Below, piece by piece: positions 12,667-26,098 of a DNA stretch of 64,000 nt (its first letter is position 1; every line of letters starts with the position of its first letter). The notes beneath the pieces were generated by a model. The model was given only the letters and a program-made list of their open reading frames with translations, did not search any database and was not told where the DNA came from. Both the position numbers and the translations under genes were made by a program. The stretch is from Eledone cirrhosa (taxonomy: Eukaryota). The stretch covers positions 72,788,001-72,852,000 of the forward strand of contig OZ024743.1 in NCBI GenBank assembly GCA_964016885.1, written 5' to 3'.

Positions 12667-12963
12667 TATATATATGAAGATAGACATAGAATATTCGAAA
12701 ATATTCTGTATGTTTATAATAAACATTTTGAAGACCTAATCGCTATAGAATAGAATACGTCACGTATTACAATTAGATTCTCGATAAAAGCAAGGGAAGT
12801 AACCTACGCGTTTCATTCTTATTAGAAATCTTCAGGATTACATATCCAGTGCTTTTATCGAGAATGACACAGCTAGAGACTTATAGAATACTTAGCTGTG
12901 TACAGGAACTGGTTTGAAAGAGCGGTTGCCGGTCCGGCAGAAATTAGAAATTGGATTAAATGC
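12667..12963 (-). repeat. Inverted copy of the 310-bp hammerhead unit
   Basis: Near-exact reverse complement of the array unit; HHR at 12799-12841 (minus). Confidence 0.95.
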
Positions 12964-12974
12964 CGGAAAATTGG

Positions 12975-15449
12975 ATTTCTGCCGGACCGGCAACCGCTCT
13001 TTCAAACCAGTTCCTGTACACAGCTAAGTATTCTATAAGTCTCTAGCTATGTCATTCTCGATAAAAGCACTGGATATGTAATCCTGAAGATTTCTAATAA
13101 GAATGAAACGCGTAGGTTACTTCCCTTGCTTTTATCGAGAATCTAATTGTAATACGTGACGTATTCTATTCTATAGCGATTAGGTCTTCAAAATGTTTAT
13201 TATAAACATACAGAATATTTTCGAATATTCTATGTCTATCTTCACATATATATCGCTATTTCAGAGCATTTAATCCAATTTCTAATTTCTGCCGGACCGG
13301 CAACCGCTCTTTCAAACCAGTTCCTGTACACAGCTAAGTATTCTATAAGTCTCTAGCTGTGTCATTCTCGATAAAAGCACTGGATATGTAATCCTGAAGA
13401 TTTCTAATAAGAATGAAACGCGTAGGTTACTTCCCTTGCTTTTATCGAGAATCTAATTGTAATACGTGACGTATTCTATTCTATAGCGATTAGGTCTTCA
13501 AAATGTTTATTATAAACATACAGAATATTTTCGAATATTCTATGTCTATCTTCACATATATATCGCTATTTCAGAGCATTTAATCTAATTTTTAATTTCT
13601 GCCGGACCGGCAACCGCTCTTTCAAACCAGTTCCTGTACACAGCTAAGTATTCTATAAGTCTCTAGCTGTGTCATTCTCGATAAAAGCACTGGATATGTA
13701 ATCCTGAAGATTTCTAATAAGAATGAAACGCGTAGGTTACTTCCCTTGCTTTTATCGAGAATCTAATTGTAATACGTGACGTATTCTATTCTATAGCGAT
13801 TAGGTCTTCAAAATGTTTATTATAAACATACAGAATATTTTCGAATATTCTATGTCTATCTTCACATATATATCGCTATTTCAGAGCATTTAATCCAATT
13901 TCTAATTTCTGCCGGACCGGCAACCGCTCTTTCAAACCAGTTCCTGTACACAGCTAAGTATTCTATAAGTCTCTAGCTGTGTCATTCTCGATAAAAGCAC
14001 TGGATATGTAATCCTGAAGATTTCTAATAAGAATGAAACGCGTAGGTTACTTCCCTTGCTTTTATCGAGAATCTAATTGTAATACGTGACGTATTCTATT
14101 CTATAGCGATTAGGTCTTCAAAATGTTTATTATAAACATACAGAATATTTTCGAATATTCTATGTCTATCTTCACATATATATCGCTATTTCAGAGCATT
14201 TAATCCAATTTCTAATTTCTGCCGGACCGGCGACCGCTCTTTCAAACCAGTTCCTGTACACAGCTAAGTATTCTATAAGTCTCTAGCTGTGTCATTCTCG
14301 ATAAAAGCACTGGATATGTAATCCTGAAGATTTATAATAAGAATGAAACGCGTAGGTTACTTCCCTTGCTTTTATCGAGAATCTAATTGTAATACGTGAC
14401 GTATTCTATTCTATAGCGATTAGGTCTTCAAAATGTTTATTATAAACATACAGAATATTTTCGAATATTCTATGTCTATCTTCACATATATATCGCTATT
14501 TCAGAGCATTTAATCCAATTTCTAATTTCTGCCGGACCGGCAACCGCTCTTTCAAACCAGTTCCTGTACACAGCTAAGTATTCTATAAGTCTCTAGCTGT
14601 GTCATTCTCGATAAAAGCACTGGATATGTAATCCTGAAGATTTCTAATAAGAATGAAACGCGTAGGTTACTTCCCTTGCTTTTATCGAGAATCTAATTGT
14701 AATACGTGACGTATTCTATTCTATAGCGATTAGGTCTTCAAAATGTTTATTATAAACATACAGAATATTTTCGAATATTCTATGTCTATCTTCACATATA
14801 TATCGCTATTTCAGAGCATTTAATCCAATTTCTAATTTCTGCCGGACCGGCAACCGCTCTTTCAAACCAGTTCCTGTACACAGCTAAGTATTCTATAAGT
14901 CTCTAGCTGTGTCATTCTCGATAAAAGCACTGGATATGTAATCCTGAAGATTTCTAATAAGAATGAAACGCGTAGGTTACTTCCCTTGCTTTTATCGAGA
15001 ATCTAATTGTAATACGTGACGTATTCTATTCTATAGCGATTAGGTCTTCAAAATGTTTATTATAAACATACAGAATATTTTCGAATATTCTATGTCTATC
15101 TTCACATATATATCGCTATTTCAGAGCATTTAATCCAATTTCTAATTTCTGCCGGACCGGCAACCGCTCTTTCAAACCAGTTCCTGTACACAGCTAAGTA
15201 TTCTATAAGTCTCTAGCTGTGTCATTCTCGATAAAAGCACTGGATATGTAATCCTGAAGATTTCTAATAAGAATGAAACGCGTAGGTTACTTCCCTTGCT
15301 TTTATCGAGAATCTAATTGTAATACGTGACGTATTCTATTCTATAGCGATTAGGTCTTCAAAATGTTTATTATAAACATACAGAATATTTTCGAATATTC
15401 TATGTCTATCTTCACATATATATCGCTATTTCAGAGCATTTAATCCAAT
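12975..15449 (+). mobile_element. Tandem array of 8 x 310 bp, one hammerhead per unit (non-LTR retrozyme-like)
   Basis: gccggaccgg recurs at 12981, 13291, 13601, 13911, 14221, 14531, 14841, 15151; only about 5 substitutions noticed among copies; ends in (TA)n. Confidence 0.92.
13078..13120 (+). ncRNA. Minimal type I hammerhead ribozyme (repeated every 310 bp to 15248-15290)
   Basis: gtaatc-CTGAAGA-t ttct aata agaa t-GAAA-CGCG-TA-ggttac; stem I extended by attctcgataaaagca/tgcttttatcgagaat (16 bp perfect); predicted cleavage after GUA at 13114. Confidence 0.9.
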
Positions 15450-15779
15450 ATATATATATATATAAAGGGCGGTGCCCCAGCATGGCCTCAGCCGGATGGC
15501 TGAAACAGGTAAAAGAGTAAAAGAGTAATACATATATATATGTGTGTGTAGTAAGATTGCTTGGATGCGTCCATAGGCGGTATGCCAGTTTGGGAAACGA
15601 AAAATCAGTGATGCATCGGAACACAATTTATTACGTATTACAATTGTTTCTCTGGCGAAGAGCTTGAGGTGCGATCTGTTTGTGCATCGATCCACAAACT
15701 GATCGCACCTAGTTATATCTACACCTTTAATATATTGCATTTTTTTTTATATATGTATATATACGTATGTGTACATATG

Positions 15780-15866
<87 letters not shown>

Positions 15867-16611
15867 CTGTGTGTGTATATATATATTTATATATGTGTGT
15901 GTGTGTGTTTGCGAGGGAGTCTGTATCTGTGTCTGTATATGGGTATGTTGGCAGGCGTCTGTGTATGTCTATAGTTTTTTATATGTCCTCCTTAAGTGTG
16001 TGAGTGTGTAGCGGGAGTCTATGCGTACCGACGTTGTTTTCTTTGGGATTGTGTGTGTGCGTGTGTGCATGTGTATGCATATATATGAGTGTGTGGGTGC
16101 GCGCGTAGACGTGTGAACTACCAAACCCAGTTGTAACTCATCGAAGTGTGACAGAATGTTCAGTCGAATTGGCACCTGTTGTTCATATTTACGATGTCGT
16201 AGGAAAACAGCAGCCAATAACTGGACGCGCAAAGAGGATGTTTTTTGAAGCCAACACCCCAGTGAAAGTTTTGACGCTAACACCCCAGTGAAAAAATTTG
16301 GTCCGAAAGCATTAGACGTATCCGACGAACCCTCAGGTCCAGAGTCAGACAAGATCCATACAATGATCGTGTCTCGAAACAATTGTAACACACAATAAAT
16401 TGATTTCAAATGCATCACTTTTTTTTTCGTTTTATATTATATATATATATATATAAAACGTAAAATCAGTGATTAAGTCATGGTAGTGAGTAATATATGA
16501 CAAAACTCAATATTTATATACCTTAATATTGAGAACATGAGAAAAACATGTAAAACTCATTCTTTGATTTATTCATTGAAACTTGTTTAACTTTTAAATA
16601 TATATACTGTA

Positions 16612-16650
<39 letters not shown>

Positions 16651-16696
16651 TAATTAAAAATATTAATAAATATAGACATTCATGTGATCAAATATA

Positions 16697-16758
16697 TTTT
16701 ATTATATATATTTTAGAGGTACTGTGCTTTTTCTTCAGTACGTCCTCATCAGATAAAA
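16697..16758 (-). ncRNA. Minimal type I hammerhead motif (GAAA decayed to AAAA)
   Basis: Minus strand: ttttat-CTGATGA-ggac gtactg...cagtac ctct-AAAA-TATATA-TA-ataaaa. Confidence 0.65.
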
Positions 16759-17962
16759 TAAATTGATGTCTAACATACCTCAACTGTGCTGATGGTTCAA
16801 TTCCAGGCTTGGCAGTGATTAATTATGTCAAAACTCAATATTTATATACCATAAGCAGTAACATGACAAACTACATATAATTGAGAGGGTACATAGCAAA
16901 ATGCATAGAAAAAAATAAAATAAATACATATATAGATATGTAAAATACATAAACACATCAGTACATAACTGTTTAATATTTAAATAATTAAATATTTAAA
17001 TATCCGTATTAGAGACAAAAAACAAATGAGAGAGAGCTAAATAGAGAAGAAAAGGAAAATATAGAGAGATGAAGATAAAAACGAAGAAAGGGAGCTATAG
17101 ATGGTATAAAATAATTACATAAAGAGAATAGAGGTATTCATGCGTAACGGTTTTTTTTTCAAATATTAAGTTAGGTAGAAACGATCAATTAAATACCGTG
17201 AAATTTTTACTCTATATTATTTGAAAGAAATTATACTATTATATTATATCAAAATTAAAACAATATAAAGTAATATAACAAAATATAAAATATTTTCAAA
17301 GATAATCTGGAGCAAATTTAAATTAGTAAATACATTCAATAATTTAGTTATAATATATATATATTCTCCCAATTCTCCCAATCCCTTTTCTCTTGACCAC
17401 TATCTTTCCATTGTCATAACATTCACTATAAAAACTACAGAATAGTTTTCCAAATAAGGGCGCAAAAATGTAATGAAAACTTGTTCATGTGACAGCCAAA
17501 TTTCATTTATAACCAACCAAAAAAAAGCCTTCGTGAGCCTCCTTTTTTCAAGTAAAAAGAAATTCAAACACTCATATATGAAAAAACAACCTGTGAGAAA
17601 CCCCCCCCCCCTCTTATTTGAAGAACTATTGTAACGCGAACTGGCGCGAAATTTATCATAATTATTGACAAACCAATCAAATTACTTCTCGAAAAACCTG
17701 GCATTTCGAGCCACTTTTTCCATATAAAACAAGTAACATTCAGAGACCAACCAGATGTGAGAAAAACCACAGACCCTCCATCTCAACTCACCTTTTGAAA
17801 AGCAGAAGAACTGCGAAACCGGTAAAGGAACCAAATAAATATATATATTTAAAAAAAAAATAAGACTCCAGTTGCATTTTCGATTTCATCTCTATTTCTT
17901 TATACTTTCATTCGTGTAGGACACCTCGGTTAATTTTCATTTTGTAAAAAAAACCTCACTTT

Positions 17963-18265
<303 letters not shown>

Positions 18266-18276
18266 ATTTATATATA

Positions 18277-18310
<34 letters not shown>

Positions 18311-19157
18311 GGATATATATGAGTATGTGTGTCAGTCCCAGTCCGTGTTGATATGTAGGTGATATGTACAAATATATAAATGTATGTACTTTAAATTTGA
18401 TTCATCAACGATTGTGAATGTCACAACCGATATTTACTGTGCTAAATTAATTCTGATATTAACATTTCTTTGTATATACTCGTCATAAATAACCATTTGA
18501 TTTTTATATAGATTATATATATATATAACATAACTATTATCATCTTATATTCTCTCAACTAATCACACTTGATCATATTTCTCTATCCCGTTTTCTCCCC
18601 CCATAATTATTATATTTTTATTATTATTTGAAAAAATCGGTTTTTTTACATCGTGTTTTCCCCTCCAAATTCGCTTATATTTCTTTATATATTCTCTATA
18701 TTTTTTTTATCTTTATTTTTTTATCTTTATTATTTCCACTTTTATCCACCTTTATATTTTACCTTATTCTTACTTTTATACCTTATTATAGTGTAATCTT
18801 CCCCATGCCTTATTATACACTATTAATTATAGATTATTATTATTACTCTTTTTCCATTTCTAATTACCTCATGTACTTTCTCCTCCGCTATATATATATG
18901 TATTGTATGCCCTTTGTGTTTGTGTAGCCTCTGCGCACCCTCTGCACCATACTATCGACGCCACCCCATCTATGGTTCAGCTAACCATCCGACTCCCGGG
19001 AATGAATATGACCGCAGCTAGTAAACAAGAACCCACACCCCACCCTCCCGCACCAAAATTAGACTTATCGTCCCCTACTTTTGCTCTTTACTCTCTTTAC
19101 TCTTTGTTCTTGAATGTTTGGTTGGTAGAGTCCATAACACCAATCAAACCTCTTTTA

Positions 19158-19206
19158 TAGCTCTGACGAATCCTACGGTTACGTAAGGAAGAAACATTGT
19201 AAGCCA
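19158..19206 (+). ncRNA. Minimal type I hammerhead ribozyme
   Basis: tagct-CTGACGA-a tcct acg gtta cgt a agga a-GAAAC-ATT-GTA-agcca, followed by aataaa and then (TA)n. Confidence 0.8.
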
Positions 19207-19259
19207 ATAAAAATCTTTTGATGTTGTAGACGATCTTGTGTTCTTTTTCATATATATAT

Positions 19260-19810
19260 ATATATATAAGTATGTATACGTACATACATATATGTATACA
19301 GACGTACAGTAATATGTATATATATATATGTATACATACATGCACACATATATATGTACGTATGGATTCACCGAACATTTATTATAATGCTCGGTGTGTT
19401 TGTAAACAAACATCCCGAATTAAGCCGTACAGTGTCTAGCAACCATCGTTGCTCATTTGTTCAACACTGACAAAGGAATGCTGTACTAGTTTCAAGCTTT
19501 ATTAGCTAATAAGTGTTATTAGCTAATAAGCTTGAAACTAGTACAATGTTCCTTTGTCAGTGTTGAACAAATGAGCAACGATGGTTGCTAGACACTACGG
19601 CTTAATTCGGGATGTTTGTTTACAAACACACCGAGCATTATAATTAATGTTCGGTGAATCCATACGTACATATATATATATGTGTGCATGTATATATATA
19701 TATACATACTACTGTACGTCTGTATACATATATGTATTACGTATACATATTTATATTTAAGTAACAGCCGTACTAAGAGTGAGAAATGAAATTTGTTTCA
19801 TTTTTTTCCG
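19260..19810. mobile_element. Foldback made of two PLE terminal-repeat copies (family of 1460-1750)
   Basis: 19262-19512 is inverted relative to 19516-19757; GAAACTAGTA retained on both arms, CTGATGA decayed. Confidence 0.85.
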
Positions 19811-21138
19811 TTTATATATATATATTTATGTACTTTATGCGTGTGTGTGTGTGTGTGCGCGCGCGCGTGTGTGTGTGCATGAGGTTTTCTGACGTGCATC
19901 GGAAGATGCCATAGTTGAAAAAATTACTCAATACATAGTAAATATAGGTATATATATGTGATTATAGGAATGACATCTAAAGAACTAGAACTATTTCATT
20001 TGTTGGAATCATCAGACTTCTCAGTTGATTTCTTACGAATGAATCAGTTATTGTCTTTTGGAACAACAATGCTCTAAAATCCCCAAATTTGTCAAATATT
20101 TGCGGGCACTCGTGTCTTAATTATTAGCAGTATAGGGTGGTGAATTGGCAGATTATACTTTATTATAGTTTAGATTAATTGAGTTAATGTTTACAACTAG
20201 TTCTATTCTTATATTTCTTTCAATTTTAAGTGAGTAGGTGTCTCGGGATCTGAGTTACATGATTAAGCGTCATCCAATACGTTTATTACCCATGTTTAGT
20301 AGTAGGGGTCATTGTTACTATAACATAAGCGAAGACATTTTTACCGCATTTTGAGGTAATATTTTGTGGCTCTCGCCATTATCTGTTCGAAATTCGAGGT
20401 AAAAAATTGTATAGAAATGACAAAGGAGCAGTTTTATTTTAGCTTTTTCTGCAGCAATACAAATATTGTCTTGCAATAATCAATTCTGAGTAATTGCCTT
20501 TCAGTATGGTTAAGCTCATAAAATTGTTATCTTTGCTGAAGTTGAAAACAGCAACATTTTACGAAATATGTCTAGAAAATGTATGCCCAGAAAAATAAAA
20601 GTTGATTGCAAATTTGGAAGACAACCAAACATATAGGCATTAAAATCGAATTATGACAAAAAGGTTTGAGACAGAGAACGAGAATGAGAACGAGAATGAG
20701 AACGAGATAGATAGATCATGTGTTTGTGAAAGATGGAAAGTATAAAAGTAGATAGATAGAGGACGGTGAGAGAGAGAGAGAGTGAGAGAGAGAAAGAGAG
20801 AGAGAGAGGGGGAGAGAGAGAAATGAAGTGATGAAATGAAGTAGAAATAGATTAAAACAGAGATAATTAGATGAAAGGAAAACATTCCTGAGAGGAAGGT
20901 TAACAGAGCTGGGAGAATGTTGATGAGATAGGAAGAGAAGAGACAACATGATAGGGAAGCTATGAGGATTAACATCAACATTAGCTGCTTATGTAAAACA
21001 CCAAAACATAATTAAATACTAACTATGAGTATTTGACAAGCTTCACAATGAATATTAAGAGAGAATAAAATTTTTGAATAAGATTTTATCATTCATCACT
21101 TTATTTTATATCGGTATTTCTTTTTTATTCGGATTATT

Positions 21139-21333
21139 AGGGCGGTGCATTGGCAGTATCGGCAGAGTGTCGGACGCCATGTTATGCAGCATAGAGTTAC
21201 GGTGCTTTACGGTCTGAGTTCAAATCCCGCCGATGTTAACTTTGCCTTTCATCCTTACAGGGTCGATAGAATAAAGAACCAGTAATGCACTGGGTAATTA
21301 CTGGCCTTGTGCCAAAGGTAGAAATAATGATTA
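21139..21333 (+). mobile_element. Full-length tRNA-derived SINE (Meta-domain-like)
   Basis: ggcggtgcattggcagtatcgg head, gagttcaaatcccgcc B box, conserved core and tail. Confidence 0.85.
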
Positions 21334-21475
21334 ACACATTTCAGTTATTCCCCTTTGCAATATTTTATGAGATGGTGCTGGCGGTGGCTGTATTACTGTT
21401 GGTGGTGATAGTGGTGGAATGTAGTAGCTGGGGAGTTTGGTTATTAATCAGGATGTTGACATTATTAACATTTTT

Positions 21476-21622
21476 GACGCATAGAGTTACGGCCCTTGCC
21501 ATTCTGAGTTCAAATCCCGCCGAGTTTAACTTTGCCTTTCATCCTTACGGGGTCGATAAAATAAAGTACCAGTAATACACTGATGAATTGCTGGCCTTGT
21601 GCCAATATAGAAACAATTATTA
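21476..21622 (+). mobile_element. 5'-truncated SINE, same family
   Basis: B box, core and tail present. Confidence 0.8.
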
Positions 21623-21689
21623 ACATTATAATATTGATGATCATACTACTGTTGATGGTTGCAATTGGATAGATTTTAATGCTGAGTGT

Positions 21690-22760
21690 TATGGTGATGG
21701 TGGTGATGGTGGTGATGGTGGCGGTGAGGGTGGTGGTGAGGGTGGTGGTGACGGTGGTGACGGTGGTGATGGTGGTGGTGAGGTGGTGCTGATATGGTGG
21801 TGATGTGGTGCTGGTGGTGGTGATGTAGTGCTGATGATGGTGGTGATGTAGTGCTAATGGTGGTGCTGATGGTGGTGGTAATGTGGTGCTGGTGGTGGTG
21901 AAGGCGGTGCTGATGTGGTGCTGATGATGGTGGTGAAGTGGTGGTGATGTGGTGGTGATGGTGGTGTTGAAGTGGTGGTGATGGTAGTGCTGATGGTGGT
22001 GGTGATGGTAGTGCTGATGGTGGTGGTGATGGTAGTGCTGATGGTGGTGCTGGTGTGGTGGTGATGTGGTGGTGATGGTGGTTTTGATGGTGGTGGTGAT
22101 GTGGTGCTGATGGTGGTGCTGATGTTGGTGGTGATGATGCGGTGCTGATGGTGGTGGTGATGGTGGTGATGTGGTGCTGATGGTGATCGTGGTGCTGATG
22201 TGGTGCTGATGGTGGTGGGGGTGATGATGGTGGTGGTGATGTGGTGGTGATGGTGGTACTGATGGTGGTGGCGGTGTGGTGCTGATGGTGGTGGTGATGT
22301 GGTGCTGATGGTAGTGGTGGTGCTGATGGTGCTGTTGGTGCTGATGGTGGTGGTGGTGCTGATGGTGGTGGTGATGTGGTGCTGATGGTGGTGGTGGTGG
22401 TGATGGTGGTGGTGATGTGGTGCTGATGGTGGTGCTGATGGTGGTGGCGGTGTGGTGCTGATGGTGGTGCTGATGGTGGTGGTGATGTGGTGTTGATAGT
22501 GGTGGTGGTGCTGATGATGCTGGTGGTGCTGATGGTGATGGTGGTGCTGATGGTGGTGCTGATGTGGTGCTGATGGTGGTGGTGATGCGGTGCTGATGTG
22601 GTGCTGATGGTGATGCTGATGGTGGTGGTGGTGCTGATGGTGGTGGTGATGTGGTGGTGGTGATGTGGTGCTGATGATGGTGGTGATGTGGTGCTGATGG
22701 TGGTGGTCTTGTTCTGATGGTAGTAGGGTGGTGGTGTCAGTGGTGATGGTAGTGGTGTTG
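21690..22760. repeat. Degenerate (GGT/GAT/GCT)n low-complexity repeat
   Basis: Seen directly; explains the His/Thr/Pro-rich ORF 21854-22816. Confidence 0.9.
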
Positions 22761-22872
22761 GCGATATTATTGGCGTTGCAGATTATGTGGCAATGTGTTT
22801 GATTACGATTAAACATTGAAAAAGGGAGACAACAACATGACTTTTCGCAAAGCTTTTAATAAATAATCAGCA

Positions 22873-23064
22873 AGGGATTGGTAGTATCGGTAGAGCCTCG
22901 GACAACATGCTTTATTGCATAGGGTTACGCCCCTTTATAGTGTGAGTTCAAATCCTGCCGAGGTTAGCTTTGCCTATCATCCTTACGGGGTCGATAAAAT
23001 TAAAATAAAGTACCAGTAATACCCACCAGGTATTGTTGGCCGGGTGCCTAAATCAGGAAGCAAT
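22873..23064 (+). mobile_element. SINE, same family
   Basis: gattggtagtatcgg head, gagttcaaatcctgcc B box, core. Confidence 0.8.
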
Positions 23065-23642
23065 ATATATTCTGCATGAGTATTCTATGAAAGAGCATTT
23101 ATTCAATAGAATACATAGAAATATACGTAATCTAACAAATGAGGAACTACATGATTAGCTGTAAAATAATTAGAAATACACTACAAATAATTTTAAAACG
23201 GAACGCGAAAGGAAAAGCAAGAGCTTTATGGCCACATAATAAAAGGGAGCGGGAAATGGGAGAGTAATGGGCTCTGGGTCTAGGGCTCGATGGTGTTGGG
23301 GCTGCGCCACGCGGATAAGACTACAAAATCATTTCCGCAGATAATGACTACAGACATCCGCTGCTACGGCCACCCCATCTCACCGGAGTACTTTCTCAGA
23401 CAGGCTTTGCTATTCGTTGCGGAAACTGTTCTGCTTGGAACTCCAGATTTCGTGAAGTGGAAGATTCTGGTAACGTTTGAATGCTTTAGAGTTAGAGTTC
23501 GGTTTCTCCGTCGTCCACCTTGTTTTTACATCTTTTCACGGATTGTAATTCTTCAGTTTCGTGCAGATCAGCGGAATGAGAATACAAGAATCGTCTCTAT
23601 TCTGAATACCAGTTATGTATAGATATAAACATATATTCGGTT

Positions 23643-24094
<452 letters not shown>

Positions 24095-24120
24095 AATGTT
24101 TGCTGTACATGGCTGTATAC

Positions 24121-24376
24121 AATAAATGTAGTCTGAGTTTTTCGAATATTAATAATAATATTCGATTCGTTTGCAATTGTGCAAAGAAGCCTCATTTTTA
24201 AAGCCGAGTCATTTGAATGAGCCCCTCATTATTGTTCTTGTGTTGACATGTAAACACAAGAGCAAGAATGAGGGGCTCATTCTACTGACATGGCTTTACA
24301 AATAAGGCTTGTTTGCATGATTGGAAACGAATCGAATATGATTATTAATATTCGAAAAACTCAGATTACATTTATA
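24121..24376. mobile_element. TA-flanked 255-bp foldback (partial copy at 31120-31250)
   Basis: ataaatgtagtctgagtttttcgaatatt...cttgtgtt / aacacaag...aatattcgaaaaactcagattacatttat. Confidence 0.85.
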
Positions 24377-24623
24377 TATATATATATATTATTATTATTA
24401 TTATTATTAATCTCCCCTAAGGTAGAGATAACACTTGGCCGTTTAGTCTGCTGCTATTTCTAGTGGAAGGACATTGACCTGTCCACCCTGCCTCTTGTCT
24501 TTACCCACGGCACCAGCCAGAATTATTTCTTTCATCATTCACTCTCATCTGGGAATGGTTTTGTATGGCGTCAGTTTGTGATTTAATCTCTGGAATTTTA
24601 TATTCTCCGAGCGAGCGAGAAGA

Positions 24624-24704
24624 GCCTTCCGAAGATAGTTCCCTTCTCAATGGAGTTCCGCTTGGATATCCGTTTATTTTGGAACTTGAAACCGCAGTAA
24701 AGGC
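24624..24704 (+). ncRNA. Type I hammerhead, mutated copy
   Basis: gcctt-CCGAAGA...GAAAC-CGCA-GTA-aaggc (U4->C; loop palindrome broken). Confidence 0.7.
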
Positions 24705-25111
24705 ACATATATTGAGTACAGCGAATGTTTTAAAATTTATTTTAAAACCTTTTCTCTATTTGCTAGACATGGATTTTATATGTTCTGGCTTTTTAATTTA
24801 TTAACCCGCAATAGAACCACATTGGCATACGGTTAGATAATACTTGTATCCCTATATGTATTTTTTACACGTAGGAACACATACTTTATTATTATTAATC
24901 TCCCCTAAGGTTGAGATAAAACTTGGTCGTTTGGTCTGCCGCTATTTCTAGTGGAAGGACATTGACTTGTCCACCCTGCCTTTTGTCTTTGCACACGGCA
25001 CCAGCCAGAATTATTTCTTTCATCATTCACTCTCATCTGGGAATGGTTTTTTATGGCATCAGTTTGTGATTTAATCTCGGAATTTTTATATTCTCCGAGC
25101 GAGCGAGAAGA

Positions 25112-25193
25112 GCCTTCTGAAGATAGTTTCCTTCTCAATGAAGTCCCGCTTGGATTATCCGTTTATTTTGGAACTTGAAACCGCGGTAAAGGC
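25112..25193 (+). ncRNA. Type I hammerhead with about 53-nt stem II domain
   Basis: gcctt-CTGAAGA-t agtttc...ggaact t-GAAAC-CGCG-GTA-aaggc: perfect stem I, intact core, palindromic loop. Confidence 0.88.
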
Positions 25194-25288
25194 ACATATA
25201 GCGAGTACAGCGAATTTTTAAAATGTTATTTTAAAACTTTTTCTCTATTTGCTAGACCTGGATTTTATATATATATATATATATATAT

Positions 25289-25325
<37 letters not shown>

Positions 25326-25340
25326 AGAGGGAGAGAGAGA

Positions 25341-25378
<38 letters not shown>

Positions 25379-25429
25379 GGTGTATTTCTTAAAAAGTCCT
25401 TTATCAATAAAGCTGACACATATTTCAAC

Positions 25430-25790
25430 GACGACTATGGTCACTTGATTATTCAACCATTCTCATGATCTCCTTATACAGCGACATTGAGGAAGCGGTT
25501 ATGGTTCAGAGACAGTCCTCGATCACAGCTTGAGCGATCAAAGCTCCAATACTATGAGCATGTTGTTAGAATGTCTTAGAAAATTATCGCTCGACATATT
25601 CCCATCCCGCAGGATACCCATGTGTAGGTCCCGATCAAGATGGTTGGATAACATCCACGAGCTTGGCTGGTCTCACTTGGGGATCTTTCCGGATCAATTG
25701 GACTCTATTGCTTTTAACAGGTCCGACCAGAAGGAGTGTTTGAGGGTCCACGCCCACAACCCACGCAGGATTAAGTGAGCGAAAATGAAG
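25430..25790 (+). mobile_element. Degenerate 3' end of an RTE-like LINE
   Basis: Translation ..PSRRIPMCRSRSRWLDNI.. resembles the R-GRP+-RW-D-I tail of RTE ORFs. Confidence 0.45.
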
Positions 25791-25959
25791 ATACGTTCTC
25801 TTTTCTTACACTTAAAACTCTAGGAATCCTTATGTTAATTGTTGTTGTTATTGTTACAGCTGACACCCATGCAGGTTTAGCTGGCCTCCTCCAAAGTATA
25901 TCTCGTTGGAGGTGTTTTGGGTGATTTAATGATAGGGACCCCAGTCCTATCATCTCATT

Positions 25960-26098
25960 TCTACAGCTGAGTAAACTGGAGCAACGTGAAATAAAGTGTC
26001 TTTCTCAAAGGAAACAACACATCACCCGGTCCGTGAATTGAACTCAACCTTTCGATTGGAAGCCCAATGGTCTAACCACTAAGTCATGCGCCTTCACA
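25960..26098 (-). mobile_element. tRNA-derived SINE, second family
   Basis: Minus strand: gaaggcgcatgacttagtggttag (A box), gagttcaattc (B box), aagacactttatttcacgttgctccag. Confidence 0.7.

Larger units (their letters stand above)
24400..25266 (+). mobile_element. Tandem 1.8-mer of a 488-bp hammerhead-containing unit
   Basis: aatctcccctaagg recurs near 24409 and 24897; HHR at 24624 and 25112; microsatellite flanks. Confidence 0.85.

Noticed and set aside
12975-15449. CRISPR array or rDNA/5S tandem
   Set aside because: Units are identical along their length with no unique spacers, there are no cas genes, the context is eukaryotic, and I see no rRNA, tRNA or snRNA similarity
21139-21230. tRNA genes at A/B-box sequences
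   Set aside because: They are SINE heads, always followed by the SINE core, and do not form a complete cloverleaf
21854-22816. 320-aa His/Thr/Pro-rich ORF
   Set aside because: Translation of a degenerate trinucleotide repeat that shifts between repeat frames; no domain or splice evidence
24278-24340. HHR-like CTGACAT...GAAACGAATC in the foldback arm
   Set aside because: Core deviates at two positions and is not conserved in the other arm or the 31120 copy
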